NCBI RefSeq assembly: GCF_001194135.2
Contig: NC_068999.1
Location: 1,113,759 to 1,177,730, forward strand
Length of the DNA: 63,972 bases
Reading direction: 5' to 3'
Source: Octopus bimaculoides
Lineage: Eukaryota
Position numbers and translations under genes: made by a program
Notes under the pieces: model-generated
What the model was told of the DNA's origin: nothing
Databases searched by the model: none
The model's input: the letters and a program-made list of their open reading frames with translations, nothing else
In this document: piece after piece, positions 12,931-26,065 of the stretch
Layout: each line of letters begins with the position of its first letter
How positions within the stretch are numbered: position 1 is the first letter of the stretch

Positions 12931-13419
12931 TATCTACATAATTACAATAGTTACAATAATATTAATTATTATTGGTATTTCCTCACTGCGTAATTATTTA
13001 TTTATTTCTTAACATTGGCTTCATTTAATATGATAGCAATCACTTAACTATTGCTTCATCGTGCAGATGTCGCCCAAGAAAATAATCCTCAAAGTTACTA
13101 TATCTTAATAAACGACTCCCTGAGATATTTAGTTCCTCATTAATGATTACAGAATGCTGACATTGTTTCCGTTCAATACTTTAGTGTCAATCGACCCTTT
13201 CATGGAAGCCTCCATTAACACGTCTCTCTATTTGGTTTGTAAACAAATTCTTTTCAGATTAAAGTGCCGCCGTGAAAGCAAATGGCTTTCCTTATAACCA
13301 GTCGAAGCCAATGTTGTGTACGCGCGTGCGCTTGAATGTTTATGTGTCTGTGTAAGAGACAGAGAGAGAGAAAGGATGGGAAAAAAAAGCGATTCTAATT
13401 CATAAAAGTCCTTTGGTTG

Positions 13420-13550
13420 TCTAATTCATCATAGGAGGCTGAAAGATAGAATAAATTACGGCGAGATTTGGTATTTTGGGTGCAAGAAGTGGAACCCTAG
13501 ACTCCGAAACGTTCTCTCCGATGCTTAAACAGCTCGGTCTATTCGCTGCA
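13420..13550 (-). mobile_element. Degenerate SINE family A
   Basis: ctaattcatc...tgaaagatagaataaattacggcgagatttg. Confidence 0.45.
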
Positions 13551-13984
13551 TTTTTCTACCTTAACCCGATTTAAGTCAAACAATTCGTATTTCCTTCGGA
13601 AGTCACTAAATGCAGCATTACCGTGATGATAATTGTATTACGGGGAAAATAGGAGGAAAATAATACAAAATGCTTATGCATAACAAATAAAAATTACCAA
13701 CAAAATATTACAATTTTGCATCTGTCTGTTTCTGTTGGTGTTTTGTCCTGAACGAGGAAAACTATGATTCAATGTTCTCCAGTTACCAATATTCCAGTTC
13801 TACTTCATATACATACATGCATACATATACATACATGAATACATATACATACATGCATACATATACATACATATTACCAAAAGGTAATATTTATTCCTAC
13901 TTAAGAGTGGATATCGTATTAGAACTGTGGTAGACGCACTTTTGTGAATATCGCTTGAAGGGAGATAACTCATTCGCAACTGAA

Positions 13985-14132
13985 AACGCCGAAGCTGAGC
14001 GGTTAGCGTGTTTAGCTGAGGATCATAAGACAGCAAATCCTTTAACATCCGATGTGCTCTGTCCTACGCCTCCGATTTTCTACTACAGTTTACGAATCTT
14101 TAAACGAGTACCAGTTGTGTGCTGGCGTACAT
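13985..14132 (+). mobile_element. Degenerate SINE family A, opposite orientation
   Basis: gctgagcggttagcgtgtttag head; gagtaccagttgtgtgctgg central motif. Confidence 0.5.
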
Positions 14133-14574
14133 TCCTTTCCCTCTCGTTCTCTTTCTCTTTCTTTCTCTTTCTCTGCCAATCCCCTCCCCACCAGGTGGCA
14201 CATTGTGAATGTGCAGCTAAGTGATAGGTGGAAGAGATGAGAGGACATCTCTATCTGATGATGGCTCTAGAGACAACAAAAACTATTGTTGGAAGTATGA
14301 TACGGGTTAACCAGCCGTCGCACTCTTGCACTTGGTTCCACGGCACAGTGCTCTGATAAGCAAATGTTGTGTGTGCGTGTGTGCGTGCGTGCGTTTGTGC
14401 GCGTGTATGTGCTACACACACATACACGCACACGCACACGCACATACATATATATATATATATATATATGTTACCCCCCCCCCCGTATGTATATGTGTAT
14501 ATACGGAGTGAGAGAGACAGATTGAGAGAGAAAGTTTTATGAATATGTATGTGTGAGTGTGCGTGTGTCCATTT

Positions 14575-14606
<32 letters not shown>

Positions 14607-15514
14607 AGTGTGTGTGCGTGCGTGCATGCGTGTGTGTGTGTGCGCGTGCTGAAATAATTGTATGTGTTTACAGATTTATGTTTCATACACCGCTGACGCC
14701 CTGAATTCATATCTATTCAAATTCTGCAACGATCGTCTTTTCATTAATTAATTTAATGCATTAGGAAAACAAAGCAGCGATCAATAAGGCAATAAGACGA
14801 ATAATGCATGAATATCTTTCGGCCATAACTAGGGAGAAGAGTGTAAATAAGTGCAAAAACAGGATATTATACGTTATTACAAACTAAAGTATGTACACCC
14901 TTATATGTACAAATATGCTTACATACACACACACACACATACATATATACATGCATACATAAGTATATACATACATAAGTACATACATACATACATATGT
15001 ACACGCTGCATTGTAAATCAATTTTTAAAATATATATCGTGAGCAATTGGGGTTTTATCATTCTGGATAGCGAAACGAGGGAACATTACATTAATTCTAG
15101 CATTCTAGAGGTTTCCAATGACAAAAATTCAATTTTGGTAGAAATTATAATTCCTTACATGAAAGAGTGAAATCTCTTGAGAGCGTTCGGTACTTAGTGA
15201 AGTAAATAAAAAAATATTCATGTACAAGAAGTGGAGATATCTGGTGTCTAGAGAGCTTCGTCTAAGTATTCGTTGGCGAGCGGATCATTAGACATTCATT
15301 TCAACGCTGGAAACAAAATAATAAATAAAGAAAGACAACCATGTCATAAAAAAATAGCAGTTGTAGGACTGTAGGATATTGATATACACATATACATACA
15401 CACATACATACATACATATATAGGAATATAGTATATGCACATTGTAATCTATAAACTGACATATATAACAATGTGACATAAAATAGAGAGTGAAATAGAG
15501 TCACAGATAGATAG

Positions 15515-15560
<46 letters not shown>

Positions 15561-15769
15561 TTAAATAGAGATAGAAAGGGAGGGATGGAGAAGAAAATAA
15601 GATCAAAATCGCCCTCAAAAACAACAGACAAAATCATTACACAAGACAGAGATAAGTTAATAAAGAATATGAAATTGGACGAGAAAAGTCTCAGTGATGA
15701 AATGTGTAGAAATAAGATGCGAGTCTACAAACGTGGGATAAAACGTGCAATCATAATAAATACGCTTAT

Positions 15770-15830
15770 GAAAGAGATAAACGTTAATCTAACACTTCGA
15801 AAGAGATAAACGTTAATCTAGCACTTCGAA
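15770..15830. repeat. 29-bp tandem duplication
   Basis: gaaagagataaacgttaatctaacacttc followed by gaaagagataaacgttaatctagcacttc; 1 mismatch. Confidence 0.95.
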
Positions 15831-16041
15831 TTGAATCGTTCGGTAAACAGAAGTAAAAGGATTCAGTAAGGTATGAGAAAAAGGAAAACTACTGGTATTG
15901 CATTTATGACGTGTATCTACAGGCAGAACGTAAAGATCACACCCTCACACACACACGCGCGTAGACGTAAGCAAACCGTGTGTACGACTGGTTAAATTGG
16001 TTGTAGCATAAAATACCTTCTACTTATCAAGAAAACATTCA

Positions 16042-16197
16042 ATGTTCTTTTCTACTCTAAGCACAAGCCCCGAAATTTTGGGGGAGTGGGGCAGGTGATT
16101 AGATCAACTACAGTACGCAACTGGTACTTGATTTATCATACCGAAAGAATGAAAGGCAAATTCAGCCTCAACGGAATTTGAACTCAGAACGTAAAAT
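16042..16197 (-). mobile_element. SINE family A, well preserved
   Basis: caactggtacttgatttatcataccgaaagaatgaaaggcaaattcagcctcaacggaatttgaactcagaacgtaaa; B-box on the reverse strand. Confidence 0.85.
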
Positions 16198-16435
16198 TTA
16201 TTTAGAGATTTATACATAATACCGAGTTATGTGACTATCACTGTTTTGGCCATCGTTTCTCGCTTTCTTGCTCTCTCTCTCCATCTCCTTCTTCTCCCTT
16301 TCCTCCTTACCCTCTCTCTCCCCCTCCTTTCCTCACTCTCTCTCCCGATCTTTCTTTTACTGTGACCTCGCTCTTTTCATCAACTTACCTGTGTATCTGT
16401 CTACCTGTCCATCAATCAACCTATCAATCAATCTG

Positions 16436-16478
<43 letters not shown>

Positions 16479-17170
16479 GCTGGTTTGTGTACATGTCTAC
16501 ACTCATCACATTTTAGATATACACACACGCAAACATACACAAATACACACACGCAAGCACATCATCGGAATGCGTGTTTGTGCGCTAATGCATGGTTTTA
16601 CGAATGCGTGTATGTATATATGTGTGTGTGTGTGAGCATGTGTGTTTGAGTATTTATATGCACTTAATATGTCGTCGCACTGCATCCCACTCTTGTAGTG
16701 ACATCTCTATTGAGACGCGGTCACAGCCACCATGCAAAGATACATACACGAAGCACAGCTACGACACCGTACTTCGTTTCTTTAAAGGTGAATTTGTTAT
16801 ACAGTTGAAAATAAATATAAAACTATCATTCAAAATCTTGACATTTATCTGAAAGTTTTCTCGCTGTTTTGTGAATCAATCTGTAAACAGAGATCTTCAT
16901 GTTCCAAGTAATGTTCCATTACTTGGAGATTCATGATAACCTATTGGAAGAAAAATCGAAAAGGTTACTCAACTCTCCTTGACATTACGTTGATAAACAC
17001 GATTTCGTTTGCATTCATAATAATAAACATTTCTTGCATGTCTTTCTTTTTATCAGTGTCGCCATTTTACATACAATTCATTGGGTTACATGTCTAGACG
17101 GAATATATCAACAACTGTTTGACTTCAAATCTATTTATTCCTGTGTCACTCCCACTTTCTCTCTCTCAAT

Positions 17171-17174
<4 letters not shown>

Positions 17175-17236
<62 letters not shown>

Positions 17237-17416
17237 CTGTCTCTCTCTCTCTATCTATCTATATATTTATCTATTTATCTATCTATCTTTCTGTCTATCT
17301 ATTTATTTGTATCTTTCTCTTCCTCCATCCACAGTCATTTTCTTCTGACTGATTAGCCTACACATGCGATTGAGAGATTCTTAGATTTTTTACGCAGAGA
17401 GAGATAGAGTGTCTGC

Positions 17417-17467
<51 letters not shown>

Positions 17468-17468
17468 A

Positions 17469-17504
<36 letters not shown>

Positions 17505-17555
17505 GATGGGTAAGGTAGGGTGGATTGACACAGGAATTATATATATATATATACG

Positions 17556-17620
<65 letters not shown>
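17175..17620. repeat. Microsatellite cluster: (CT)n, (ATCT)n, (AG)n, (AAAG)n, (AT)n, (ATAG)n
   Basis: Direct inspection. Confidence 0.9.
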
Positions 17621-17621
<1 letters not shown>

Positions 17622-18268
17622 TAACATTTTCTAACCACATGTTTGTGTTCATAAAATGTCTCTAATTTGTTCCTCTCCACAAACTACATGACACAAGTGA
17701 GGCTGGAAGAAAGATAGAAGAATAACGGTTTATGAAAATGTTCAAACCTGTTCTGAACGGAAATAATATAACAACCAGAGCAAACGAATATGTATTGGGA
17801 AAGAGGGGGAGGAAAGACTAAACCAAGACAGAGAGGGAAGCAGGAAAAGGGGGGTAAAGGAGAGCAGATGAGATGTGAGAGAGGAGAGAAAGTGGAGGGG
17901 AGAGCAAGTAACAGATAAGAGAGAAGAGCAGACGAATATGTGGTGGGAAAGTGGGAAAGAGGATGCTGAGCGGAAGAGCACATGAAAGTCAGAGTGGAAA
18001 AAGCAAGAGTGGAGGAAGAGAGGAAGTCAGAGGAGGGTAAATGAAGTGGAAATTGAGTGAATATATGAGGAGATAGACAGAGAGGAGGTGGTATGCGTGA
18101 AGCGGGTGGCAAGAAGGCTGAGATTGAGGAAAGGGAGAGGTGGAGAGATACTCAAACTAAAAGACAGTCATATTATATAAGAGAGACAGAAGGAGAAATA
18201 TATATTTATATACGCATACACTCACACCTACATGTACACACATATATATATACACAATATACTGTACC

Positions 18269-18681
18269 CTCTTTTACTCTTTTACTTGTTTCAGTCATTT
18301 GACTTTGGTCAAGCTGGAGCACCGCCTTTAGCGGAGGAAATCGACCCCAGGACTTATTCATTGTAAGCCTAGTACTTATTATATCGATCTTTTTTGTCGA
18401 AACGCTAATTTACGGGGACGTAAATACACCAGCATCGGTTGTCAAGCGATGTTTGCGGGGGGGGGGGTTCAAACACATACATACAAACATACACACACAG
18501 ATATACATATACATATATACGACGTGCTTATTTCAGCTTCTGTCTACCAAATCCACTCACAAGGTTTGGTCGGCCCGAGCCTAGAGTAGAAGACACTTGC
18601 CCAAAGTGCCACACAGTGGGATTGAACCTGGAGCCATATGGTTGGTAGACAAGCTACTTACCATTCATCCACTCCTACGCT
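18269..18681 (-). mobile_element. Full-length tRNA-derived SINE family B
   Basis: Reverse strand: A-box-like ggagtggatgaatggtaag, B-box ggttcaatccc, ctttgggcaagtgtc body, internal microsatellite, gactgaaacaagtaaaagagtaaaagag tail. Confidence 0.9.
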
Positions 18682-18879
18682 TATATATACATAGCTTCAG
18701 AGTAAGACCTGTCTTTCTTCAAGGATGGGGACAAAATGTGTATCACTAACTTCAGTGGAGGTACATGCTCTTTAAAAGATGAAAACAGTAAATCTGATAC
18801 AAAATGGGAAATAATAGATAGGGCATTTCCTTACAAATTTGGAACAGAAAATGTAATTTATGCTTGGAAAAAATCTTCT

Positions 18880-19720
18880 ATATTTCAATTTCTAGATACT
18901 GATTATTGAATAAGAGACGAGAATTAGTTCTGAGATTCTTGCATAATCCCAGAGAAGTTTTCTCTGATATGGATTCTGAACAAGGTATTATTTACGTAAG
19001 AGATCCTTCGAATTTACTTGTTTACAATATTTAGCTTTGAATATTCTATCAACAATTTCTACCCACTCCGCTTTTGCCCTGTTATTTCATTATCTCCGGT
19101 TCATAACTCTCTTAATTTCCCCTAATATATCTACTTATCTTTAAAGTTCTTTTTACTTTCATCATATATATTCTGTAGGCGATTCATATTCTGACCTACT
19201 CTGGACCTCTCTGACAACTAATTCTCTTTCGTGTTTAAATATTTCCCATATAGAATATTGAATAAAATATTTAGCTGGATAATACTTGCTTAAGGGAATG
19301 CGGATGAATTACAAATACTTTAATTATAGGTTTTCTATAGTTAGATTTTAGATATCGTAATGTTAACTCCACCTACAGGTTTGGAAATAACTTTTTGCCT
19401 CTTGTCTTTGAGTTCCTAGAAACTCAGCTACTCCTAATATTTTCATGTTTTCCAGGAAATTCTATTAATCTTTTTTGCACTCTGGGCGGAACCTAGTCAA
19501 TTCTTGCCTGACGGCTAAGTCTTTTTATGATATTCCTTCTAAACATTACGGTAAAACTAGGGCTAAATGATCGCGCATTTTATAACCACATCGTACTTTC
19601 GCTATCTCCAGCACGAAACAGCTGTTTCCCACCGAAAATTGATTCGAAAATAAGACTATCCAAATTCCTTATTCTTCAGTTCACTGCAAACACTCGTTTT
19701 TGTAGCACCTTGAGTAAAGC
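18880..19720 (-). mobile_element. Possible highly decayed R4/Dong-like relic
   Basis: Pieces IKRLSRQAR, LYGKYL and RKLLWDYA in the expected order, with many stops and frameshifts. Confidence 0.25.
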
Positions 19721-19811
19721 TGCTCCCATCTTTCTCATCATCTCATTGGTCTAACTTAAGGAGGCACATTGACATTTGAAATATTCAATACAATTTATGT
19801 ATGCATACATT

Positions 19812-19960
19812 TGTTGGGGCGATCAAGTCAAATAAAATCGTTCTCAGCACTTTATTAATTATTTCTTTAAAACCTGAAGAGGGATACTTGGTCTGATCTA
19901 AAATCCCAGTGTAACGAGTCGGAACGAATAAATGAAAGCATGGTATTCAACACTCTAAAA
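19812..19960 (-). mobile_element. Very degenerate SINE family A
   Basis: ttggggcgatcaagtcaaataaaatcgttctcagcact...; layout similar to other copies. Confidence 0.35.
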
Positions 19961-20194
19961 ACAAGAAGCCTTAATTCCTAGCATATAAACGCGATTTCCC
20001 CATCTTTCTACCATGAGATTCAATCAAATTCTGTATGTCCTTGGAATCTTTCTTTCAAACCGGTAATCAAGAATATCCAATTCAACACTGGAAACATTTC
20101 GGTCTCCTTGAGACAAACTTCCAAAACAAAATTCCGCATCATATCTCTTCCTCTGCATTACCGTTTCTGATTTTTCTAACACATTAATGTTATA

Positions 20195-21155
20195 AAAGAA
20201 GTGATTGAAGCTTGCATTGAGCTGAAATTTAATTCAGACAACCTGATAAATACAATCGACACATAGTCAGCTCGCTGTCATCCTGTTGTATGATGTTGTA
20301 ATGGCGAATTGGAGGAAGATGAAACAGAGACGTTAGATAGAGAAGCCAGAAGACAGTAACAAGCAGGTGGAGAGCTGCCTCCAAAGGCAAATGTCAAGGG
20401 TTTATGCATGAAACGAAAGATTAGAGGGAGAGAAGCTATTAACGTTCCCGACATGTGCGAATAAAGAACAAAGGTTAGAATAACACAATTCTGCAAAGAG
20501 TGAAGAACCACTTTCAAATGTTGCAGTAGAACTAGAAGTTATTTTTGTGTAATTTCCCGAAAGGATAGCATAGCAAAGCAGAATAATCTGTCATAAAAAG
20601 GATGAGCTAGAAGGGATGGTTTTGCATAGATGTTTCCAGAAATATACCAATTCTGCGAAAATCAAGACAGGTCATGTGTGGCGGTCAAGAGTGGAAATTT
20701 AAAGAGGGTAACTGAGAGTGTGTTGGTGGTAGCTGAAGATCTAGCCCTGAACAGTAGCAGAGTGAAGATTGGTAACTATACTATTCCCTGAATAAACAAG
20801 TGTCGCTTATGTAATAAACAAGTGGAAAATATTGAGCATATTGCAGCAGGCAATGTAAGCGACGTTTCTCTCAACTTCCATGGTCAAATAGAAAAGTTTT
20901 AAAAAAACATAGATAATCACACCCGTGATAAGTACAAACATGTATCAGATAAAAGCTGTACATGAACATGGTAAGCCAAATATTATGTAGAATGTTGATG
21001 TCCAGAAAATCTAGCACGAAAGGTAGGTGACATTATATATAAAATATTTAGAAACATGTGCCCTCATAAAAGACGGTGCTACTGCTTCCAGCGGAATATT
21101 GCGGACAAGGAAGATGGAAAGACTTCGAAATATGATGAGTGTAATCGAGACATTT
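20195..21155 (+). mobile_element. R4/Dong-like non-LTR relic spanning post-RT region, CCHC knuckle and RLE endonuclease
   Basis: KFNSDNLINTIDT, NW..ETLDREARR, PPKANVKGLCMKRK, SGNLKRVTESVLVVAEDLAL, KCRLCNKQVENIEHIAAG, CLIKDGA, NIADKEDGKTSKYDE; frameshifted. Confidence 0.85.
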
Positions 21156-21648
21156 ATTCATGCTTCTAGCTAATTAAATCTCGTATGATGTCTGCAATAG
21201 TGAAGGTAGTCATTCACTTATGTATGAGTATGAAATTCTGTCATATGCTTGGGTTCGATTAAATATCTACCAGTCAAGTACTGAAGTCGACAACATAATC
21301 TAACCCCGTCTTTTTAGATTTGCTAAAATATACCAAAATTTAAAACCATTAGACTTTTTCATGATGAGGATTTGTGTTGGGTTTCGGGGTTTTCATATTC
21401 GATGAAGATTTGTCCCCGTTTTTTGGCGTATATTGTTTTATTTGGTTCGTGAATTACGTATTAGGAAGGTGTTACAGCATCAACTAAACCCAATCGATAC
21501 GACTATAATCAATCACTCAATACCCCCACTTCATATAAAAGCATACACACAAATCTCAGGTAAGGTGAAAGGTAAAATTACATTTACTCTATCATTTTTA
21601 ATCGATAACAAATGTTTTATCGCAGACACGCAACACCTTTCTGCGACA

Positions 21649-21695
<47 letters not shown>

Positions 21696-21800
21696 ACATG
21701 TATGTTGGAACATAGATGTACATCTTCGGACTTGCGCACACACCTCTAAACGTAATCACACATACACGCACACGCAAACACCCCCACGTATTTATTTATG

Positions 21801-22051
21801 CAGGGGGCGATTAATAAATTGTCGTCTAAGTAACGCAAAAATGAAAATAATACTGACATCTCATTTTCCTAGATATATTTACATACATTACATTAAAATA
21901 TATTGATGTAAGGATAAATTTATGCAATATAATCGCCATTGGCTGCAATCACGGCCTCCTTCGGAATCTCCTGCAAATCGTCTGGGTGGTCTGCTTCTTT
22001 TAAGTTGGTGAATGCTGCCATAATCTTTGCCTTCAGTATATCTCTGGTGAA
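21801..22051 (-). mobile_element. Tc1/mariner relic: transposase C-terminus plus probable terminal repeat
   Basis: LKAKIMAAFTNL..(alternate frame ICRRFR)..EAVIAANGDYIA*, ending at a caggggg TIR-like start at 21801. Confidence 0.75.
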
Positions 22052-22466
22052 ATAAATGATGGAAAACAAATAAGTACTATAATGAATCCCATCATTTGTG
22101 TTCTGAATCAAAGCTGAGTAAGAGCTCAAAACCAACAACAACATTTTAAAAGGTTACAATCAAATAATAAAAAAAAACAATAACAACGTGAATATAAAGA
22201 ACATCAAGAAAGACAAACCAACAACAAAAATAACAAGAGCAATAACAACAGCAGCTACAACAAGAAGATCATTATCCGGTGACGTTGCATCATAGCTTTT
22301 GAGTGAGAGGTCCCAATGCATTGTATTTCGTTTATACAGATATCTGCAAACGCATCCTTTTCATGGATAGCTTAACCCACAAGCATGAACCTGTTAATAT
22401 ATGCACATAAACGCGAACACGGATACACGCACAAACACACGGAATATATATACATACATAAGCATG

Positions 22467-22675
<209 letters not shown>

Positions 22676-24333
22676 TGTATCGATGATTGTGCGCGCTTGC
22701 GCGTGTGCGCGTGCATCAGACGCTGATAACTGCAAGGAAGAAGCATAAGGGTTTCCACAAACAAATGTAATGCAAATGGCGATATGTCATAGAAATAGAA
22801 CGGAGCAGCCAACCTTGAAGCTATTTATTCAACTAAATTCTATTTATTTGATCTTTATATAACAGAAACAAATTGCGACCAAAAGAGCAAAGACTTTACC
22901 AACACCACCGCCACCACCACCCACCAAGCCGCTCACAATCTCCGACATCATTCTCATCATCATCATCATCCAGCAATATAAAATAATGATGATAATAATA
23001 ATGATAATGATGAAAAGAACATCACGTTCTCGCGAGATGAGCATGTGAGGATACTAAGTTAATTTAATCTGTATAGAAGAGGTTTAGCTAACTCGGTTGA
23101 TTCAAGCTAAGCTAAGCACAAACAATGATTGCTGATACACGCGTCATGCTTATAACATCGTGAAAATTAAATGACTTTGCTAAAAAGAGCAAAAGTGCAC
23201 ATCAAGTGACTATATTGTATTTACTACAGCATTATTCCTTTAATGCACGGATTTCTTTTGATTTGTTCTTATTTATGTTTTTAGCAAAGGCTTTCAGCTT
23301 TGGCTAATCTAATAGAATCGTGTAGTGTATGTTTTTTCGCTTAGTTTTATAGGGTACATTTTCATTGTGAATGATTCAGTGTAAGCGTGTGTATGAACGT
23401 GTTTGCGCGACTGCGTATGTGTGTGTGTATGCATGTATGTATGTGAGTGTTTGGATTGTATGTGAGTGTGTGGTTTGTATGTGTGTGTGAATATTTATGC
23501 ACTCCCTATTTAATCTGGTTGAAGAACCTAGTTTTTTTTGCCACCGGTGCACTTTCAATAATAAACAGTTGATTGTTTGCACCAACTATTCTCATTTTTT
23601 TAAAAATCTTTTATATAATATATTTTCTATATACATATCTATCTATCTGCATGTGTATGACCATTTGTCTCTCTCTGTATGTAACAGTGTATGGAAATGC
23701 GTGCGATTGCGCACGCATGTGTGCATATATGTACATATATAAAAATATATACGTATACATATATATTTATGTGCATATATGTATATATGTATACATATAT
23801 ATATATATGTATATATGTTTATATATATGTATTTATATATATCTATATATATATATGTTTATATATATATTTATATATATTTATATATACATATATAAAA
23901 ATATATATTTATATATACACATATAATAATAATCATAATAACAATAATAATTATCATAATAATAATAATTATACTTATAATAATTTGTGTCTCATTGCAT
24001 GCAAGTCTGTAATCTGTTTATCTTATACAACCATGTGTAAATAGATCATTCTTGGAAACAAAACAAAAATTACGTAGCAGGCATGCATAGTGTGTGCTCG
24101 AGCAGACACATCTGCGCATACATTCTCATACGTATATGCATATTTATAGATATACATTTATGCATACATACATGTGTGTGTGTATGTGAGTGTATGTGCT
24201 TACATATGTACACGACTAATTTCCAGTCAGTTCTTGACGAAACTCACTCATTATCATTATTCCGAGGCAATAATTGAAGACAGTGTGTGGACGCGCTGCA
24301 CCGAGGAACTGAAACTGAATATATATTTGTATG

Positions 24334-24373
<40 letters not shown>

Positions 24374-24529
24374 GTATATATTATTACAACCGTTGAGAAT
24401 TATAGTCGACCCGAGGCTAAAGTACCATGCATCTGCCCAACCCCGTCTTCGCATGGTATACTAATTTTATGCGTATACCTTATGGCTAAACAATTTTAAA
24501 ATATATCTAGAAGAAACGAAATCACTTAC

Positions 24530-24547
24530 CATTAGTCTACGAGTTGG
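24530..24547 (-). other. Candidate 18-nt microexon (PTRRLM in phase 0)
   Basis: attattatttctcttcag|CCAACTCGTAGACTAATG|gtaagtga; the other two phases contain stops. Confidence 0.35.
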
Positions 24548-25436
24548 CTGAAGAGAAATAATAATTATTGCTAATATAAAATACGAATCAATAAATTATT
24601 GGTAGTTGATGTTTTTTTTAAATTATTAACCTTTTACACGAAAATGGCAATACACTCGATGCCCGCTACTTATGGTCGATATCAAGTAAGAAAGCGGTAT
24701 AATTACTATAGAGCTTTGCATAATTTTCGATGATGATGATGAAAATAACGATAAAAATAATAATTACCATTTTAACAAAGAAAACAAAACACCCGTTACC
24801 ATCAATACATTCTGTATATAATAGTTATTATTCACATATATTTGACAAATATATGAGTATGTGTGTGAGTGTGTGTTTGCGTGTGTGAATGTATGCATGT
24901 ATGTACATGTGATATAAGGCAGCAGTCAAAGGACGAAAAGAAGTAAAAGAATAAAAGAACATCCATATAGACAGATATATACACACACATATAAGTAATA
25001 TATATATATACATATATATACATATGTATGTATGCATGTATAATGTAATATTCCGTGATACAACATTCAACAAAAGAAGTGCTTCATCTGGTGAGCGATA
25101 AATATTATTTATTTAAAGGAAACAAATACATGTCTTTAAGTGCTACTAATAGTTTCATATGTTGACAAATGCCTCAAATATATATTCATCAGGCAACAAC
25201 CATATATCAACGAACTAAATTAAATTTGAATAGGAAAGGCAACTTATAAAAAACGTGGATGGTTACAAAGACGGAAAACGAAAAACAAAACCTAAAATGT
25301 AAAAAGTAAAAAGGCAAAGGAGTTATCACCGTTAGACCTCAGAGTAGAAGGCTGGAAATTAGCCCTTCGTGTAGATACATATATATATGAGTGTGTGTAT
25401 GTGTGTGTATGTATGTGTGGTTTTCTCCACCACCAC

Positions 25437-25482
25437 AGCCATCGTTTGTCAACCGATGCTGGTGTGTTTACGTTCCTGTAAA
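25437..25482 (+). mobile_element. SINE family B internal fragment
   Basis: catcgtttgtcaaccgatgctggtgtgtttacgt matches 40589-40625. Confidence 0.7.
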
Positions 25483-25924
25483 ATACATACGCACGCACAG
25501 ACAAACACCAATTTAAAGTCCCTTTGCAATGGGTATATTCACCAGCACACACATTTCCTCCATAGCATAACCATTATGTCTAGAAAGTTAATGAAGCACT
25601 CTGTATTTTCATCTCTCTGCTTTACATGACAGAATATTATATTTGCCTTGAAAGCGTCACTTGATCCTGTAAACACACAAGACGTAGATTTTAAATACAA
25701 TTTTATCCCTGTTAAAGCTAAAGTACATATATATGCTAATATTTTATGTCCTTCTGTTTATCGTCTTTTATAAACAGATAAATATGTTTTACATCGGATT
25801 TTAATTCTATCTTTACTATGTTTTTTTTTTAATATATATTTAAACTCTCCAGAAACACTTAATATTTCATAATATTTTATTCAAAATATTTTATTTTCAT
25901 TTTACTGTTATTGCCGTTGTTACT

Positions 25925-26065
25925 CTTATTATTATTATTGTTGTTGCTGTTGTTGGTACTATTATTGCTATTATTATCATCATCATTATTATTATTATCA
26001 TTATTATTATTGTAGCTGTTATTATTATTGTCATCATTATTATTGTTATTATTATTATTATTGTG
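25925..26065. repeat. Imperfect (TTA)n microsatellite
   Basis: Direct inspection. Confidence 0.9.

Noticed and set aside
14257-14290. CTGATGA motif
   Set aside because: No valid GAAA, stem III or stem I pairing.
16384-16395. Perfect CAG|GTAAGT donor on the minus strand
   Set aside because: Upstream sequence is ATAG-type microsatellite with no acceptor.
17684-18112. 142-aa minus ORF
   Set aside because: Low-complexity purine/pyrimidine-skewed tract.
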